Below, piece after piece: positions 1 to 9,769 of a DNA stretch of 64,000 nucleotides (its first letter is position 1; the number at the start of each line of letters is the position of its first letter). Below the pieces are notes generated by a model. It searched no databases, was not told where the DNA came from, and was given only the letters and a program-made list of their open reading frames with translations. The translations under genes and the position numbers were made by a program. Source of the stretch: a virus. The stretch spans positions 1 through 64,000 of the IMG/VR virus record IMGVR_UViG_3300023179_000011. The stretch is one strand, 5' to 3'.

Positions 1-208
1 GTATTTTACCGTAGTTGTTGAGCGTGGCAACGCCATTTGGAACATTTTTTTCTGCTTGCGTAATGGCATCGAGCGCAGTCAGAAACGACGCCACCGTAGC
101 CCGTTTTGTCTCAAACTTGTTCGGGTTGGCTGTGTCGACAATCGGGACAATGTCGGTACTGCCGGGAACGGGTTTGAGCGGCAGCGCAGAAATTTTTTTG
201 TTAGCCAT
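1..208 (-). CDS. N-terminus of tail fibre/virion structural protein (truncated by window edge)
   Basis: Own translation from ATG at 208: MANKKISALPLKPVPGSTDIVPIVDTANPNKFETKRATVASFL...NGVATLNNYGKI. The KISxLP / D-I-V-P-I-V / TKRATV start and the GVATLxxxGK motif are typical of phage tail-fibre N-termini. Missed by the ORF track. Confidence 0.55.
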   Translation of the reverse strand, partial: MANKKISALPLKPVPGSTDIVPIVDTANPNKFETKRATVASFLTALDAITQAEKNVPNGVATLNNYGKI

Positions 209-274
209 GTGAAAACCCCGCGAGTATGTAGGCGTACTTATTTTAATGTACGCAACGGGCCGGGCAAAAACCCA

Positions 275-589
275 TTAATACCGAGACAAAAAATTGTTGC
301 TGTCGTCTTCGTCGAGGTTCTTGCCGCGTTTATTGTTACGGTGTTTGACGCCGTCCAAGTTGTCGGCGGCTTTTTCCAGCCAGCGGGCTAGTTTACGGGC
401 ATTTGTTGTCGTTAAAAGCGGCATCTGATCGCCAAAAACGTCGACTATAATTCCCGTTTCGGTTTTACCGTCGATCCCCCATTCGCCGGCCTGAAACAAT
501 ACTGTAGGATCGGTTTCTGTTTTTTTTCCGTTGTTCCCAATGTTTACAAATTGCAAAGTATCGTGTGAATTGATTGCCACGTTAGCCAC
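275..589 (-). CDS. hypothetical protein
   Basis: 104 aa ORF colinear with its neighbours; no recognised motif. Confidence 0.6.
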   Translation of the reverse strand: MANVAINSHDTLQFVNIGNNGKKTETDPTVLFQAGEWGIDGKTETGIIVDVFGDQMPLLTTTNARKLARWLEKAADNLDGVKHRNNKRGKNLDEDDSNNFLSRY

Positions 590-595
590 AGAAAC

Positions 596-862
596 TTACT
601 CCTCCGTGAAATCACAGATAATAACTGGCGTATTAGTTCCAGATGCTACACTGATCAGTTTGCCGGCAAAATACTCTTTGGCGTCTTCTCGGGAAAACCC
701 GTCGAGCAGCAATTTGCGAAAAATGAGTTGCTGACTGTATACAGCCACTGGGTCTGCCGTGCCGATTCGGCCGATGCCGACCAGAGCCGTGTGCATATTA
801 TCAAATAAAACAGCCTCGGGATTCAAATCATTTAACTCGGCGAGTATTGTTTCAGAGGTCAT
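596..862 (-). CDS. conserved phage hypothetical protein
   Basis: NPEAVLFD...ALVG...VAVYS...EDAKEYF...TPVI pattern, common in freshwater phage hypotheticals. Start placed at the ATG at 862, overlapping the upstream stop. Confidence 0.6.
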   Translation of the reverse strand: MTSETILAELNDLNPEAVLFDNMHTALVGIGRIGTADPVAVYSQQLIFRKLLLDGFSREDAKEYFAGKLISVASGTNTPVIICDFTEE

Positions 863-1364
863 TTTCATCTCCCGCATTGAAATCGATTAAAAAGTTGGCG
901 GCGATATTGCTGGCCCGGCGATACCCTTCTCGCATACCGGCTTGATAGTCGGCGGAGCCGGTTGCTGTGGGTTTCTCTGTTAGATCAGCCACGGTGGCTA
1001 AACAAGCAATTACTTGATTGCGCAGAGCACGATACTCAAACGAGTTAAACACAAGTTTAGCGTCTACGGCGGTAACATGGGCTGTAGTCGCGCCGTCGAG
1101 GGGTGGGCGTAGCCCTATCTCCTGCAGCATCTTGGCGCACTGCAATAATTCTGAGTAATCGGTGAACGTCTTGGGGGAGTTAGGCACGTATTTTTGAGCG
1201 AGGCTGTAAAGCGCGTAACAAATGTTGCGAAGAGCGGCGACGACGGTTTTGTTTTTAGGGTCGATCAGCAGTTGCTTTTCGCGTCGACGGGCTTCTTGTT
1301 TGGCTGTCAAAAGTGCTTGTTCGCGTTCTTTCTTTTTCATCATTATTTCGGGCGTGGCCGGCAT
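852..1364 (-). CDS. hypothetical protein
   Basis: 170 aa ORF with GGAG upstream of the ATG. Confidence 0.6.
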   Translation of the reverse strand: MPATPEIMMKKKEREQALLTAKQEARRREKQLLIDPKNKTVVAALRNICYALYSLAQKYVPNSPKTFTDYSELLQCAKMLQEIGLRPPLDGATTAHVTAVDAKLVFNSFEYRALRNQVIACLATVADLTEKPTATGSADYQAGMREGYRRASNIAANFLIDFNAGDENDL

Positions 1365-1995
1365 CTTTAGACTCCGTGCTATGTGAGATAACCTTGTACA
1401 CTAAATTACAAATCCGCTCATGCGTGGCTAACGGGTCGAGCGCCGCTGACACAACATGAACGGTTTTAGCGTACGGCCGCTCTTGAGCATGCCGTAAATA
1501 GGCTGCCCGCATACGCTGCCGGTCTTCGATGCAGCGGCGTTCATACCTATCACTCGGTTTCTCGGAGCGGCGCTCCATGCGCACCACCGCTTCTTCGGGA
1601 TCGAGGTCGAGTAAAAAACAAATGTCGGGTTGGACAGCCGATGTTGCCTCAAAAATCTTGAGAATCAAATCGGTGTTGACGTTGTTAATTTCGCCTTGGT
1701 ACACCAACGTCGAGAGCAGCCAACGGTCGCAGATGACTATGTTATCAGCGGCGAGAAGCGCCGCTACGTGGGCCGCGAGTTCCGCGCGGGCAGCGGAGAA
1801 CAACAGCATCTGGGCCGCAGAAGAAATTGGAGCGTCGTTTTGCAACAATATCTGCCGAATGGCTGTGCCGATCTGCGTTGTGCCGGGATCTGCCACTAAA
1901 GTCGCGACAACGCCATCTTTTTGAAGTCGCTGTAGCAGCATGCGCGCCTGCGTCGTTTTACCGGCGCCGTCGATTCCTTCGAAACAAACGAACAC
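1255..1995 (-). CDS. tmk: thymidylate (dTMP) kinase
   Basis: FEGIDGAGKTTQ P-loop; ARAE; ICDRWLLSTLVYQG; PDICFLLDLDPEEA. Confidence 0.95.
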   Translation of the reverse strand: MFVCFEGIDGAGKTTQARMLLQRLQKDGVVATLVADPGTTQIGTAIRQILLQNDAPISSAAQMLLFSAARAELAAHVAALLAADNIVICDRWLLSTLVYQGEINNVNTDLILKIFEATSAVQPDICFLLDLDPEEAVVRMERRSEKPSDRYERRCIEDRQRMRAAYLRHAQERPYAKTVHVVSAALDPLATHERICNLVYKVISHSTESKDAGHARNNDEKERTRTSTFDSQTRSPSTRKATADRP

Positions 1996-2009
1996 TGGAT
2001 TCCTTTCTT

Positions 2010-2324
2010 TTAACGACCTGTAATCTGAAAGCTAGGAGAATCGCCGCCGACTGGTTTTGCAATTTTGCTTTGATTGCCAGTAATACCTACATCGCCGGGC
2101 AGTTGGATTAGCACTTCTTCTGCTGGTTCAAATAAAACCAGTTCGCGCCCGTTTGAGAACCGAAGCGATAAACCACTTTGTGTATGCCCAACACCAACAA
2201 TGTTATTGGTAGCAAACCACGTAGCAGCGTATTCACAAAAAGCTTTTAATTCGGCACTAACAAGTTCGGGTTTTTTTGCTGTAAAATCATCGAGAATGTT
2301 ATTCAACACTTCGCTTGCGGGCAT
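2010..2324 (-). CDS. hypothetical protein
   Basis: Strong RBS AAGGAGG before the ATG at 2324 (MPASEVLNN). Confidence 0.6.
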   Translation of the reverse strand: MPASEVLNNILDDFTAKKPELVSAELKAFCEYAATWFATNNIVGVGHTQSGLSLRFSNGRELVLFEPAEEVLIQLPGDVGITGNQSKIAKPVGGDSPSFQITGR

Positions 2325-3054
2325 ATCGAACCTCCTTTTTTTTCTTTGTCGGCGGCGGTGTTTCTGCTTCTGCTTGTTTGGCGCGTATCCCGGTTGTATG
2401 TTGTGCCACGAGTTTGTCAAGTTTAGCTTTTTGCCTGCACTCTTTTATTGTACGGCTGACATCGCCCAGCAGGTTTCGGGCGGCGTGCGAAAACAACCTA
2501 AGCACGTAAAAACGCTCTGCAGCGCGTAAAGCCAAAAGATCGCCGTCTAGTTGCGTAAGAATTTTTTTGGCCCTTGGTATGGCCGACGTACCGTTTGAGC
2601 CAACAAGAGTAAGTAGATCTTTAGCGGTACAAATAATGTCAGCGAGCACAATAATCTGCGCGCCAACAGGGCTGCTACTTACACGACCGCGAAACTCCAT
2701 GTCGCGTTTTGTTTCAACCATGCGAAAATCTCGACTGATATCGGCCACCATAGCGGCTACCTGTACTGTCGATATTTCGGCTATGTTTTCAAACGCACAG
2801 GCGCTGACATTTAAAACGTCATGTAACAAAGCGCCCTGAATAATCGCTGTAATGCTTTCTTTTGTATCGTCCGGTAAATAATCAGCGCGCACGTCTTGAT
2901 AAAGTTTGTGCGCAATTGTCTCCGCTTGCCGTGCGACCTGCTTGCTATGCTCGACAAGGTTGATGCCGGCGTTTGTGCGTAAATCTCTGTATTGTTGCGC
3001 GGCAAATAACAATATGTGCCGCAGGGGTACATTTGGCGTATCTGATTTTTTCAT
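2299..3054 (-). CDS. HD-domain protein, RelA/SpoT hydrolase (Mesh1/SAH)-like, degenerate
   Basis: EHSKQVA, GALLHDVLNVS, VAAMVADIS and IVLADII match the SAH layout, but ED is replaced by NV and KLAD by VLAD. Start at the ATG after GGAG. Confidence 0.7.
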   Translation of the reverse strand: MKKSDTPNVPLRHILLFAAQQYRDLRTNAGINLVEHSKQVARQAETIAHKLYQDVRADYLPDDTKESITAIIQGALLHDVLNVSACAFENIAEISTVQVAAMVADISRDFRMVETKRDMEFRGRVSSSPVGAQIIVLADIICTAKDLLTLVGSNGTSAIPRAKKILTQLDGDLLALRAAERFYVLRLFSHAARNLLGDVSRTIKECRQKAKLDKLVAQHTTGIRAKQAEAETPPPTKKKKEVRYARKRSVE

Positions 3055-3071
3055 GGCATCTCCATATGCCG

Positions 3072-4124
3072 TCACACAAGTTTGAGCAAAGTTTGCCAGC
3101 CCAGCTCAAACGATTTGCGGCGTGTTGCTAGGTTGTAATTCACCCGGCGGTTAAGGTTATCGATATGCGCCGGCTCTGCAATAAAAGTCTGTAGCGCGGT
3201 AATCAACCGTTCATAGTCTGGCGCAGCGTGAGGAACGCCATTTTCGTCGTAGTCTACACGTGTTTTAACAAGCACGCCATTTGCATCCTGATACACAAAG
3301 TCACTCTGCGGGGACAGCGCAAAAGACAGCACCGGCGTACCGCAATTAATCGACATCAAGGTGCAAAACCCGTAGTTGTCACACTCGGCAGGGAATATCG
3401 TAAGGTCGTGCGCGGTATACATGGCCGGGCGTTTTGCGAGCGGCGTGTTGCGGATAAGTTTTACTCGCCCGCCAGTCTTACGCCCTAACGTCTGAAAAAA
3501 CTTAGCCACGGACGGCGCAAACCGACAAGACGTGATTGCAACAGTAAGCTGCGCGTCGGGCATGCGCTCAAGCAAATAACCGAGTAAGCCTAAAAACTGG
3601 CTATTTGCGCACCGAGCGTTTCTGTCAAACCACGGTAAAAATATCTTTACCTGCCGACCGTTGACTGTTTTTGTTTTCTTCGTCGCCGGTAGTCCAACAT
3701 CAAACGGTATGTATGTAACGTTTTTAAACTTGTAGACCTTTGCGAATAACTCGCGCGCTTCCGAGTTCATAGCTATAACATGATCAGCGCGCTGCATGAC
3801 TTTGCGAAACGGCCGCATTAATTCTTGCCACATGGGCACAATGATTGTTCGTACATTAATGCGGCGCGTAAAATTTAGCGTGTCCAACTTCGGCGGCTGC
3901 GTGTAGATAATCGTGTGACACGTTTTTGCCCAGTGCGTGAACGGGCATTTCTTTTTGTGCGCCACAGCCCGATCGTGGTGTGTGAACAGCTTGGCCGGCG
4001 GCGTGTCAGAGTAGATCGTGTACTCGACGCCCTGCGTGCGCAAAAAGTCAGCAAGCCGCACAGCAAAGTACGCTTCATCGCAGTGGGCGTAGTGTGTGTA
4101 AATACCAATGCGCATATTTATCAA
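3072..4124 (-). CDS. GT-B (GT4-like) glycosyltransferase
   Basis: MRIGIY start; ADHVIAMNSEAREL; HDLTIFPAECDNYGFCTLMSINCGTPVL...NGVLV C-terminal motif. Confidence 0.75.
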   Translation of the reverse strand: MINMRIGIYTHYAHCDEAYFAVRLADFLRTQGVEYTIYSDTPPAKLFTHHDRAVAHKKKCPFTHWAKTCHTIIYTQPPKLDTLNFTRRINVRTIIVPMWQELMRPFRKVMQRADHVIAMNSEARELFAKVYKFKNVTYIPFDVGLPATKKTKTVNGRQVKIFLPWFDRNARCANSQFLGLLGYLLERMPDAQLTVAITSCRFAPSVAKFFQTLGRKTGGRVKLIRNTPLAKRPAMYTAHDLTIFPAECDNYGFCTLMSINCGTPVLSFALSPQSDFVYQDANGVLVKTRVDYDENGVPHAAPDYERLITALQTFIAEPAHIDNLNRRVNYNLATRRKSFELGWQTLLKLV

Positions 4125-7036
4125 GCAGGCGCGCCTTGGCCAAACTGCTGGGCCATAACCATTGCTCCACCCTGAGAACGCGCCTGCTGCCGAATATCGT
4201 CGATTATGCTGGTAACTAATGCGTGCATCGTCGAGTCGGATCGCTTGAGTTTGATCAGTTCCGAGTCTTTCACAGACTCAGGCATAGACAACAACTGGTT
4301 TGCGATAAGTTGAGCTTGTTGCTGCAACTCTTCTGGTGTTCGCGGCACGTTGGGCGAATTTTGCCGCTGCATAAGGAATTGATCGACGGGACTGGGAGCT
4401 TGACCCGGCATGCCGCCAGCCGGAGCTTGAGCCGGCGCGCCACCTCCTTGCGGCATACCCGTAGCGCCGGCACCGGTGTTGCCGACACCTGACATCATGT
4501 CGGGCGCCTGACTCATGTCCTTCATTTGCTGCGCTTGCTGCATCTCTGCCTGCATACGCTCCTGCTCTTCCGCGTAAATCTTTTCCTCTTCGAGCATTTG
4601 CTTGATCTCGTCGCGGTAATCCAAACCGACACTCGATAGCCCAGTGCTTTTGCTGATTTGCTGACCCTGCATGAGCTGCAGTTTGGCCATCTGGCGGTTG
4701 AGGTCGTCGGCGTGCGTGACGCGCATCAGTTTCGCGCTGACGGGCTCCCACGACATTACACGAGAAATAGACGACACCAATTCATTCAAAAACAAGTTCA
4801 TGTTGTGCGGAAGGTGACTCCAGTTTGCCTCAAAAAGGCGCAAGGCCGCCGGAGCAGCTTGGAGAGTCAGCGTGCCGTTAAATAACTCAACGGGCATGCC
4901 AATGCACTTTAACAATGTCTCTAACCCTTGATCGAGTAGGTCGCGCGGAGCGAGTTGCGACGCGTCACCGCCAAGTGCTTGATACTGCACAGGAAACGGA
5001 AGAATGTTCCAGCGCGCGGGGTCCGTTCGGCGGGCGCGGATCATCGCGTTTACGCGCGCCGTAAAACTAGATAAGTTAATTGTGTGAACAGGGTCAGATG
5101 ATTGCGCGTCGCCGCCGCGCGGCATCGGCGTGATAACTCGAAACGGAATAACATAATCAAGCGCTACAGCTTCGTTGTAGCGCTTGAGAATCTGGTAGTA
5201 CCACGCCTCACGAAAATTCGACAGTACGCGCGAAATTCCCCAGCCACGATTGCGCATACCGGACAGCGCATCTTCTTTGAGATGAAAAATAACGCCTTTG
5301 TCAAACATCAGATTCTGGCCGTTTTTAATCGCCTGAATAACTTCCCAGCTTGCACGCTCAAGATGATGAAGATGACCTTGCTTAATCAGCGTGCGATAAT
5401 CTTCGGGAATCTTCCACACATATGAACATTCGCCGGTGTACGGATCCCATAAGATATCAATTTCGTGCGGGCTCCAGCGTTTGACTGTAATATGGCTGGT
5501 ATCGCCGCTGCGCCGGTCTACGTGTTTCCACGGACCGACATATTTGCAATTCGGGCAGGTCGCGTGAAATTGGAAGTTTTGCCACGAAAACGCGCACTGG
5601 TCTGAGTTCACCACCCTGTCTAAGGGCATCTCTAATCCGCATTTAGGGCAGAATAAATATCGGCGGAAGGGCACCAGCAGGCTTGTAAAAGAGTTGCCGT
5701 AGCAATTACCTGTGATAATCCCGTTATCGATTACAAAAGAGTGCGTTTCGGGCTCAACGCAGCAGTACACATCCTCGAAACGACCCGTGGTCCGTACCGA
5801 TTTAACGCCGATAAAACGACCGTAATTTGTGCCACGATTTTTTGCGTTGAAATTTGCCCTATGCTTAGGAATTAAAAAATCCTCTTCACGCATAAACTGC
5901 TTCAACAACGTCATGTAGTGCATCGTCACAGTATGCGGGCGTTGTCGGCCTTTGTGCGGCGGCAGTAACGTATTTTGCGTCTGACTCCGAATAGGCCCTG
6001 CCACCATTCCGACGCGCGGCAGCTGTGCCTCGATCGCGGCCAAGGTTTCGCGCGACTTCTGCGTCAAAATCGCGCAACCGTGCGTGTCAACAGAACCGTC
6101 GGCCGCCAAGAAGCCACAAATGAATCCGTACCAGTAATTTGGCGACGCCTCATTTTCAGGTAAGGCTTTGTACCGCGCGGGCAGGCCATGCACTTTGCGC
6201 AACTCACAGGTAACCGCGGTACCGGCATTGGTTTTTGCCGTCACAGGGGCGCAACCGGCGCCGACAAAATACGGCAACAACGCCGCATCCTTTTGTCCAA
6301 AAAAGTTGGCGACAGCTTTTGTTTGCTTACGTGGATTGTTTTTGTTGTAAAGCGATCCGTCGCCAAATGTAAATCCGTGCCGAACACCTTCAAAAAACTC
6401 GGCGTTCTTTTCGGGGCGCGGGGCTACGGTGCGCTCAATTCGGCGACCCTGCAATTCAGTTGTCGGAACACGTGTCGTTCCGCCGTCTGATTTTTGTACA
6501 AGCCATGAATGTTCTGGCGTGGCGTAAACTACTCGCCCGTCGGCGAACGTTACTTCGAGCAGTTCCTGCTGCCCAAAACATTTGAACTGCGCCAAACGAT
6601 AGACGCCGTTTTCAGAAATGACTTCAACCTTTTGTCCCGCGAGCGCCTTGATCGGGTACACGCCATGTTTTGTCGGTACACGTGTCTCGCCGTGAAAACA
6701 CATGTAATCCATGCCTACGGTTTTCAGCACATTTTTAATGCTTAGCGTTTCAGACAAAAACGTTTCGTACTTTTCTTTTTCTTCACGCCCGGTTTTGTTT
6801 TCGCCAACATCGTGAATTTCAACGTCTGTAATAAAGTACGAGACGACGCGGTCGATGGCCTGCCTATAGGGGCCATTCGCGTTCATGATGTATTCGGTCC
6901 AGCGCAGGGCCGTCTGGATGCTCTCAGGCATCGACAGGCTGGCGACGTCGCAGAACGGGTCCGGGAAGCGCTCGTCGGCCTGCACGCCGCGGCCGAGCGA
7001 GTTATACCCCATAGAAGCGGATGGTAAGAGCGTCAC
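4121..7036 (-). CDS. portal protein with intein and Zn-ribbon insertion
   Basis: After intein removal the sequence reads GMDYM-CYGNSFTSL (portal YGNxF motif), RWSPHEI, IFHLKEDALSG..NRGWGIS. It also has CPKC...CPNC and a Q/M/G-rich C-terminus. Confidence 0.75.
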   Translation of the reverse strand: MTLLPSASMGYNSLGRGVQADERFPDPFCDVASLSMPESIQTALRWTEYIMNANGPYRQAIDRVVSYFITDVEIHDVGENKTGREEKEKYETFLSETLSIKNVLKTVGMDYMCFHGETRVPTKHGVYPIKALAGQKVEVISENGVYRLAQFKCFGQQELLEVTFADGRVVYATPEHSWLVQKSDGGTTRVPTTELQGRRIERTVAPRPEKNAEFFEGVRHGFTFGDGSLYNKNNPRKQTKAVANFFGQKDAALLPYFVGAGCAPVTAKTNAGTAVTCELRKVHGLPARYKALPENEASPNYWYGFICGFLAADGSVDTHGCAILTQKSRETLAAIEAQLPRVGMVAGPIRSQTQNTLLPPHKGRQRPHTVTMHYMTLLKQFMREEDFLIPKHRANFNAKNRGTNYGRFIGVKSVRTTGRFEDVYCCVEPETHSFVIDNGIITGNCYGNSFTSLLVPFRRYLFCPKCGLEMPLDRVVNSDQCAFSWQNFQFHATCPNCKYVGPWKHVDRRSGDTSHITVKRWSPHEIDILWDPYTGECSYVWKIPEDYRTLIKQGHLHHLERASWEVIQAIKNGQNLMFDKGVIFHLKEDALSGMRNRGWGISRVLSNFREAWYYQILKRYNEAVALDYVIPFRVITPMPRGGDAQSSDPVHTINLSSFTARVNAMIRARRTDPARWNILPFPVQYQALGGDASQLAPRDLLDQGLETLLKCIGMPVELFNGTLTLQAAPAALRLFEANWSHLPHNMNLFLNELVSSISRVMSWEPVSAKLMRVTHADDLNRQMAKLQLMQGQQISKSTGLSSVGLDYRDEIKQMLEEEKIYAEEQERMQAEMQQAQQMKDMSQAPDMMSGVGNTGAGATGMPQGGGAPAQAPAGGMPGQAPSPVDQFLMQRQNSPNVPRTPEELQQQAQLIANQLLSMPESVKDSELIKLKRSDSTMHALVTSIIDDIRQQARSQGGAMVMAQQFGQGAPA
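5705..6700 (-). mobile_element. intein (332 aa) with LAGLIDADG homing endonuclease in portal gene
   Basis: N-terminus CFHGETRV; block B ATPEHSW; LAGLIDADG motifs GFTFGDGS and GFLAADGSV; block F DVYCCVEPETHSFVI; C-terminus GIITGN followed by Cys+1. Confidence 0.93.
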
Positions 7037-7048
7037 GGGCGCCTCGCG

Positions 7049-7198
7049 CTATTTAGACGTGGTTTGCACGGCTTCCGCAGCTCGTTTGCGGAAATCACTA
7101 TCGAGCGCCTGAACTTGCGCTTTTTTTTCAGTAGGCTGCTCGGCGTCTTCGTGCTCTGGCGGCGTGACGCCGGCTTTTATAACTCCACACTTTTCCAT
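7049..7198 (-). CDS. small hypothetical protein (49 aa)
   Basis: MEKCGVIKAGVTPPEHEDAEQPTEKKAQVQALDSDFRKRAAEAVQTTSK; GAGG RBS; fills the gap exactly. Confidence 0.55.
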   Translation of the reverse strand: MEKCGVIKAGVTPPEHEDAEQPTEKKAQVQALDSDFRKRAAEAVQTTSK

Positions 7199-7201
7199 CG
7201 T

Positions 7202-8110
7202 TTAAACCTCGCCATAATTTGCCCGAAGGGCGCGCTCAACGAGTAAAATGCAGTACTCGCGGTTATCATAAACATACTGAAATCCCGTCGTATGGACAAG
7301 GTATAAACGGCGGTCGTCGCTAATTTGTACAGCCCAAGGACGCTGGTAAGGATCATTTGACGGCGGAAACCAGCGCGCGGCGTTTTGTTCAAAACGCAGA
7401 TCGTAAATTAGGACAATAAAACCGTTTTCTTCTACGCTGTCAGGGGAAACCTGCCCAACTGAAACAATCACGTCGTGAAAAAAGGCCGGGACAGTTCCAA
7501 TCCCTTCTTTTTCAAAATACAACAACTTCTGCGGCGGGCCAGCCTTGTGGGTTGTAGCCCCCGCGGCCGGTACCGGATTGTTTGATTGTTTTTTCAACCC
7601 AAACGCCGCCATCGGGCTGTAGTTTCGGTCTATTTTCTCGATCGGCGGCATAGACGTCGACGTCTCCGCTTCGGCCATTAACTCATTTACAAGCTGCTCC
7701 TCTTCTTCGTCAGCTGGGGGCGGCGTAGCTACGACCTTTTTCTGCCGCGTCACAGGCACCCGCTGTACGCCGCTGTTCATTTTTGATAACTCTTCAAATA
7801 CCATTGCGGCCCGCTCCCTGATAGAGTTGATGTCCTTGCCCGGTAACGCTGCCATAGCCGCGTCAATTGCCTGTTCAACCGCCGGGCCAGTCATTTGGTC
7901 CAGCGTCAGTCCGCCAACATTTGCGCCGTTTGGATCCACCACGTTTATTTTGATTTTTGTCCGGTCGTGCGGATCGAAGTTCACTGGAATACCGCCCGGC
8001 GTAGACGGCGCAACGATAACGCCTTTAAGCCCCTTACTACCGCGCATAACGTCAAGCATTGTGCGCCCACTCTCTAGCCGCTCGTTCGCAGGATCACGAT
8101 AATCCGCCAT
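7202..8110 (-). CDS. hypothetical protein
   Basis: 302 aa ORF; GGAG RBS; acidic/Pro-rich central linker. Confidence 0.7.
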   Translation of the reverse strand: MADYRDPANERLESGRTMLDVMRGSKGLKGVIVAPSTPGGIPVNFDPHDRTKIKINVVDPNGANVGGLTLDQMTGPAVEQAIDAAMAALPGKDINSIRERAAMVFEELSKMNSGVQRVPVTRQKKVVATPPPADEEEEQLVNELMAEAETSTSMPPIEKIDRNYSPMAAFGLKKQSNNPVPAAGATTHKAGPPQKLLYFEKEGIGTVPAFFHDVIVSVGQVSPDSVEENGFIVLIYDLRFEQNAARWFPPSNDPYQRPWAVQISDDRRLYLVHTTGFQYVYDNREYCILLVERALRANYGEV

Positions 8111-8126
8111 AAAAGCTCCAATAGCT

Positions 8127-8170
8127 AAAAAAAGGGGGCAACGAGTGGCCGAAGCCTAAACGTTGCCCCC
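8127..8170 (-). terminator. intrinsic terminator
   Basis: Minus strand: GGGGGCAACG...CGTTGCCCCC stem, inner GGCTTCGGCC hairpin, then T7. Confidence 0.75.
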
Positions 8171-8443
8171 GAAAGATTCTGAACTCAACTTGGGGCACAC
8201 TGGATACAGCCGCGCTTTCGGAACGTGAAAATACAGCCGCCCCAGCGGCACCCCTCCACCACAAACTAATCTGACATGCTCTTCTGTCGGTAATACCTCT
8301 GCGAGAATCTTACCGGAGAGAAGCTGCGCTACCACTAAACCCACGCCGCTATCGTTTGGAAAGAACGGTAGCGTACTCGGCGCGGCGTCGATGTTTAACA
8401 ACCACGTTAGCGCCGGATCTGCAGGTTTAATGAAATAACGCAT
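8156..8443 (-). CDS. hypothetical protein
   Basis: 95 aa colinear ORF. Confidence 0.55.
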   Translation of the reverse strand: MRYFIKPADPALTWLLNIDAAPSTLPFFPNDSGVGLVVAQLLSGKILAEVLPTEEHVRLVCGGGVPLGRLYFHVPKARLYPVCPKLSSESFGGNV

Positions 8444-8449
8444 ATCAGA

Positions 8450-9769
8450 TTAGAACTTATCTGCAATCCGCATACGCGCGCTTTCGGCGCATTCGACAAT
8501 TGCATTACTACCGGCATCTTCCGAAGAATGATAGTCGCCGGCAATACGCATACGAACGCTTTCTGCGCACTTAACAGTTGCTACAGAGTTATCAGCTTCG
8601 AACGGCTGATAACTCGACCGCTTCGGAACAAACTCTACCGGCGCTAACAGCTCGCCGCGATACGGAAACGGCGTATTCTGCCATTCCGCCGCCCAGTTCA
8701 CCTGAATAGCACTGAGGCGACTCAGTACTAAAGGTTTAGCCGGAAACATTGCGGCTGTAAATAGCTCCTCATCGGTCGCTTCTCGTTGCGCCCGTTTTGA
8801 CGCGTGAAACCGCAAATAGTTTGCAGCTGCAGACGGCATCTGCTCAATAGCCGTTTTGATATCAATCTTTACCTCCAGCGGCTGGTCGGGAGATATCAGC
8901 GCGTCACACATTTCGTCCTCGGCAGGCTTAAGCTCGCCAAGTTCGGCATACATTTCGCGCAGTAAATCATCGACAACAAACTGGGGCATCCCCTCAGCAC
9001 TATCCAGTCCGTTCCGCGCCAGAATCTTGCCGGCCGGATTTGGTAGCGACACCGTAATGTCGCGAACAGTGCCAAACGGATTACGATCCATATCGCCCAA
9101 CACAGGCGAGAAATCTTCAATCGCAGCGTCGTGCTTGATCGCCTTGGTGACGTCCTTAGCCGATTCCTCGGTGAGCGCGGCAACATTAATGTAAGTCTTG
9201 TTGCCAAACTCCCGCAGCATGCTGTCGCGCAGCTTGCGGCGGTAAGTCTCTACCAATTCAGGCGGAGCATTCTGCACGGCCAGCGCGGTCAACTTATCCT
9301 CGTCGATCCGCATGTGGTCACGCACAGGAATGTACACCGCCGGCCAGCGGCAGGGCTCGAACGTTACCGTCTCGCCCCGCTTATCGGCATATCCGTAGTT
9401 GCAGATGTTATGAAGCATGTCACAGCCACGCTTTGCGTTGAGCCTGTGCTTCTGCTTGTTCATATTCAACTGCGCGCCAAAACCCTTGGTCGAAATTGGG
9501 GCACGAAAGTCCCACTTGCCAAGCGTTTCTAGCCATACGTCGCCGGACCGATCTGCCAGCGCCATTGCTGGAGACAGAGTCAGACCGCCATGCCTAGTTA
9601 CTTCAAGCACCAACGCCGAAGGACGAACATTATCGCCAAATCGCCTAATCGGCGAGTCAAACTTTTTGCCTTCGCCGGCCAGCCAGCTTACTGCTACGAG
9701 GTCTTCGCAGCGCGCCGCTACCCGATCGAAAGCCGCGATAATCGTTGCCTGTGTCTTCGCGATATCCAC
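8450..9769 (-). CDS. hypothetical protein
   Basis: 439 aa ORF (GTG start, AGGAG upstream); no recognised motif. Confidence 0.7.
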   Translation of the reverse strand: MDIAKTQATIIAAFDRVAARCEDLVAVSWLAGEGKKFDSPIRRFGDNVRPSALVLEVTRHGGLTLSPAMALADRSGDVWLETLGKWDFRAPISTKGFGAQLNMNKQKHRLNAKRGCDMLHNICNYGYADKRGETVTFEPCRWPAVYIPVRDHMRIDEDKLTALAVQNAPPELVETYRRKLRDSMLREFGNKTYINVAALTEESAKDVTKAIKHDAAIEDFSPVLGDMDRNPFGTVRDITVSLPNPAGKILARNGLDSAEGMPQFVVDDLLREMYAELGELKPAEDEMCDALISPDQPLEVKIDIKTAIEQMPSAAANYLRFHASKRAQREATDEELFTAAMFPAKPLVLSRLSAIQVNWAAEWQNTPFPYRGELLAPVEFVPKRSSYQPFEADNSVATVKCAESVRMRIAGDYHSSEDAGSNAIVECAESARMRIADKF

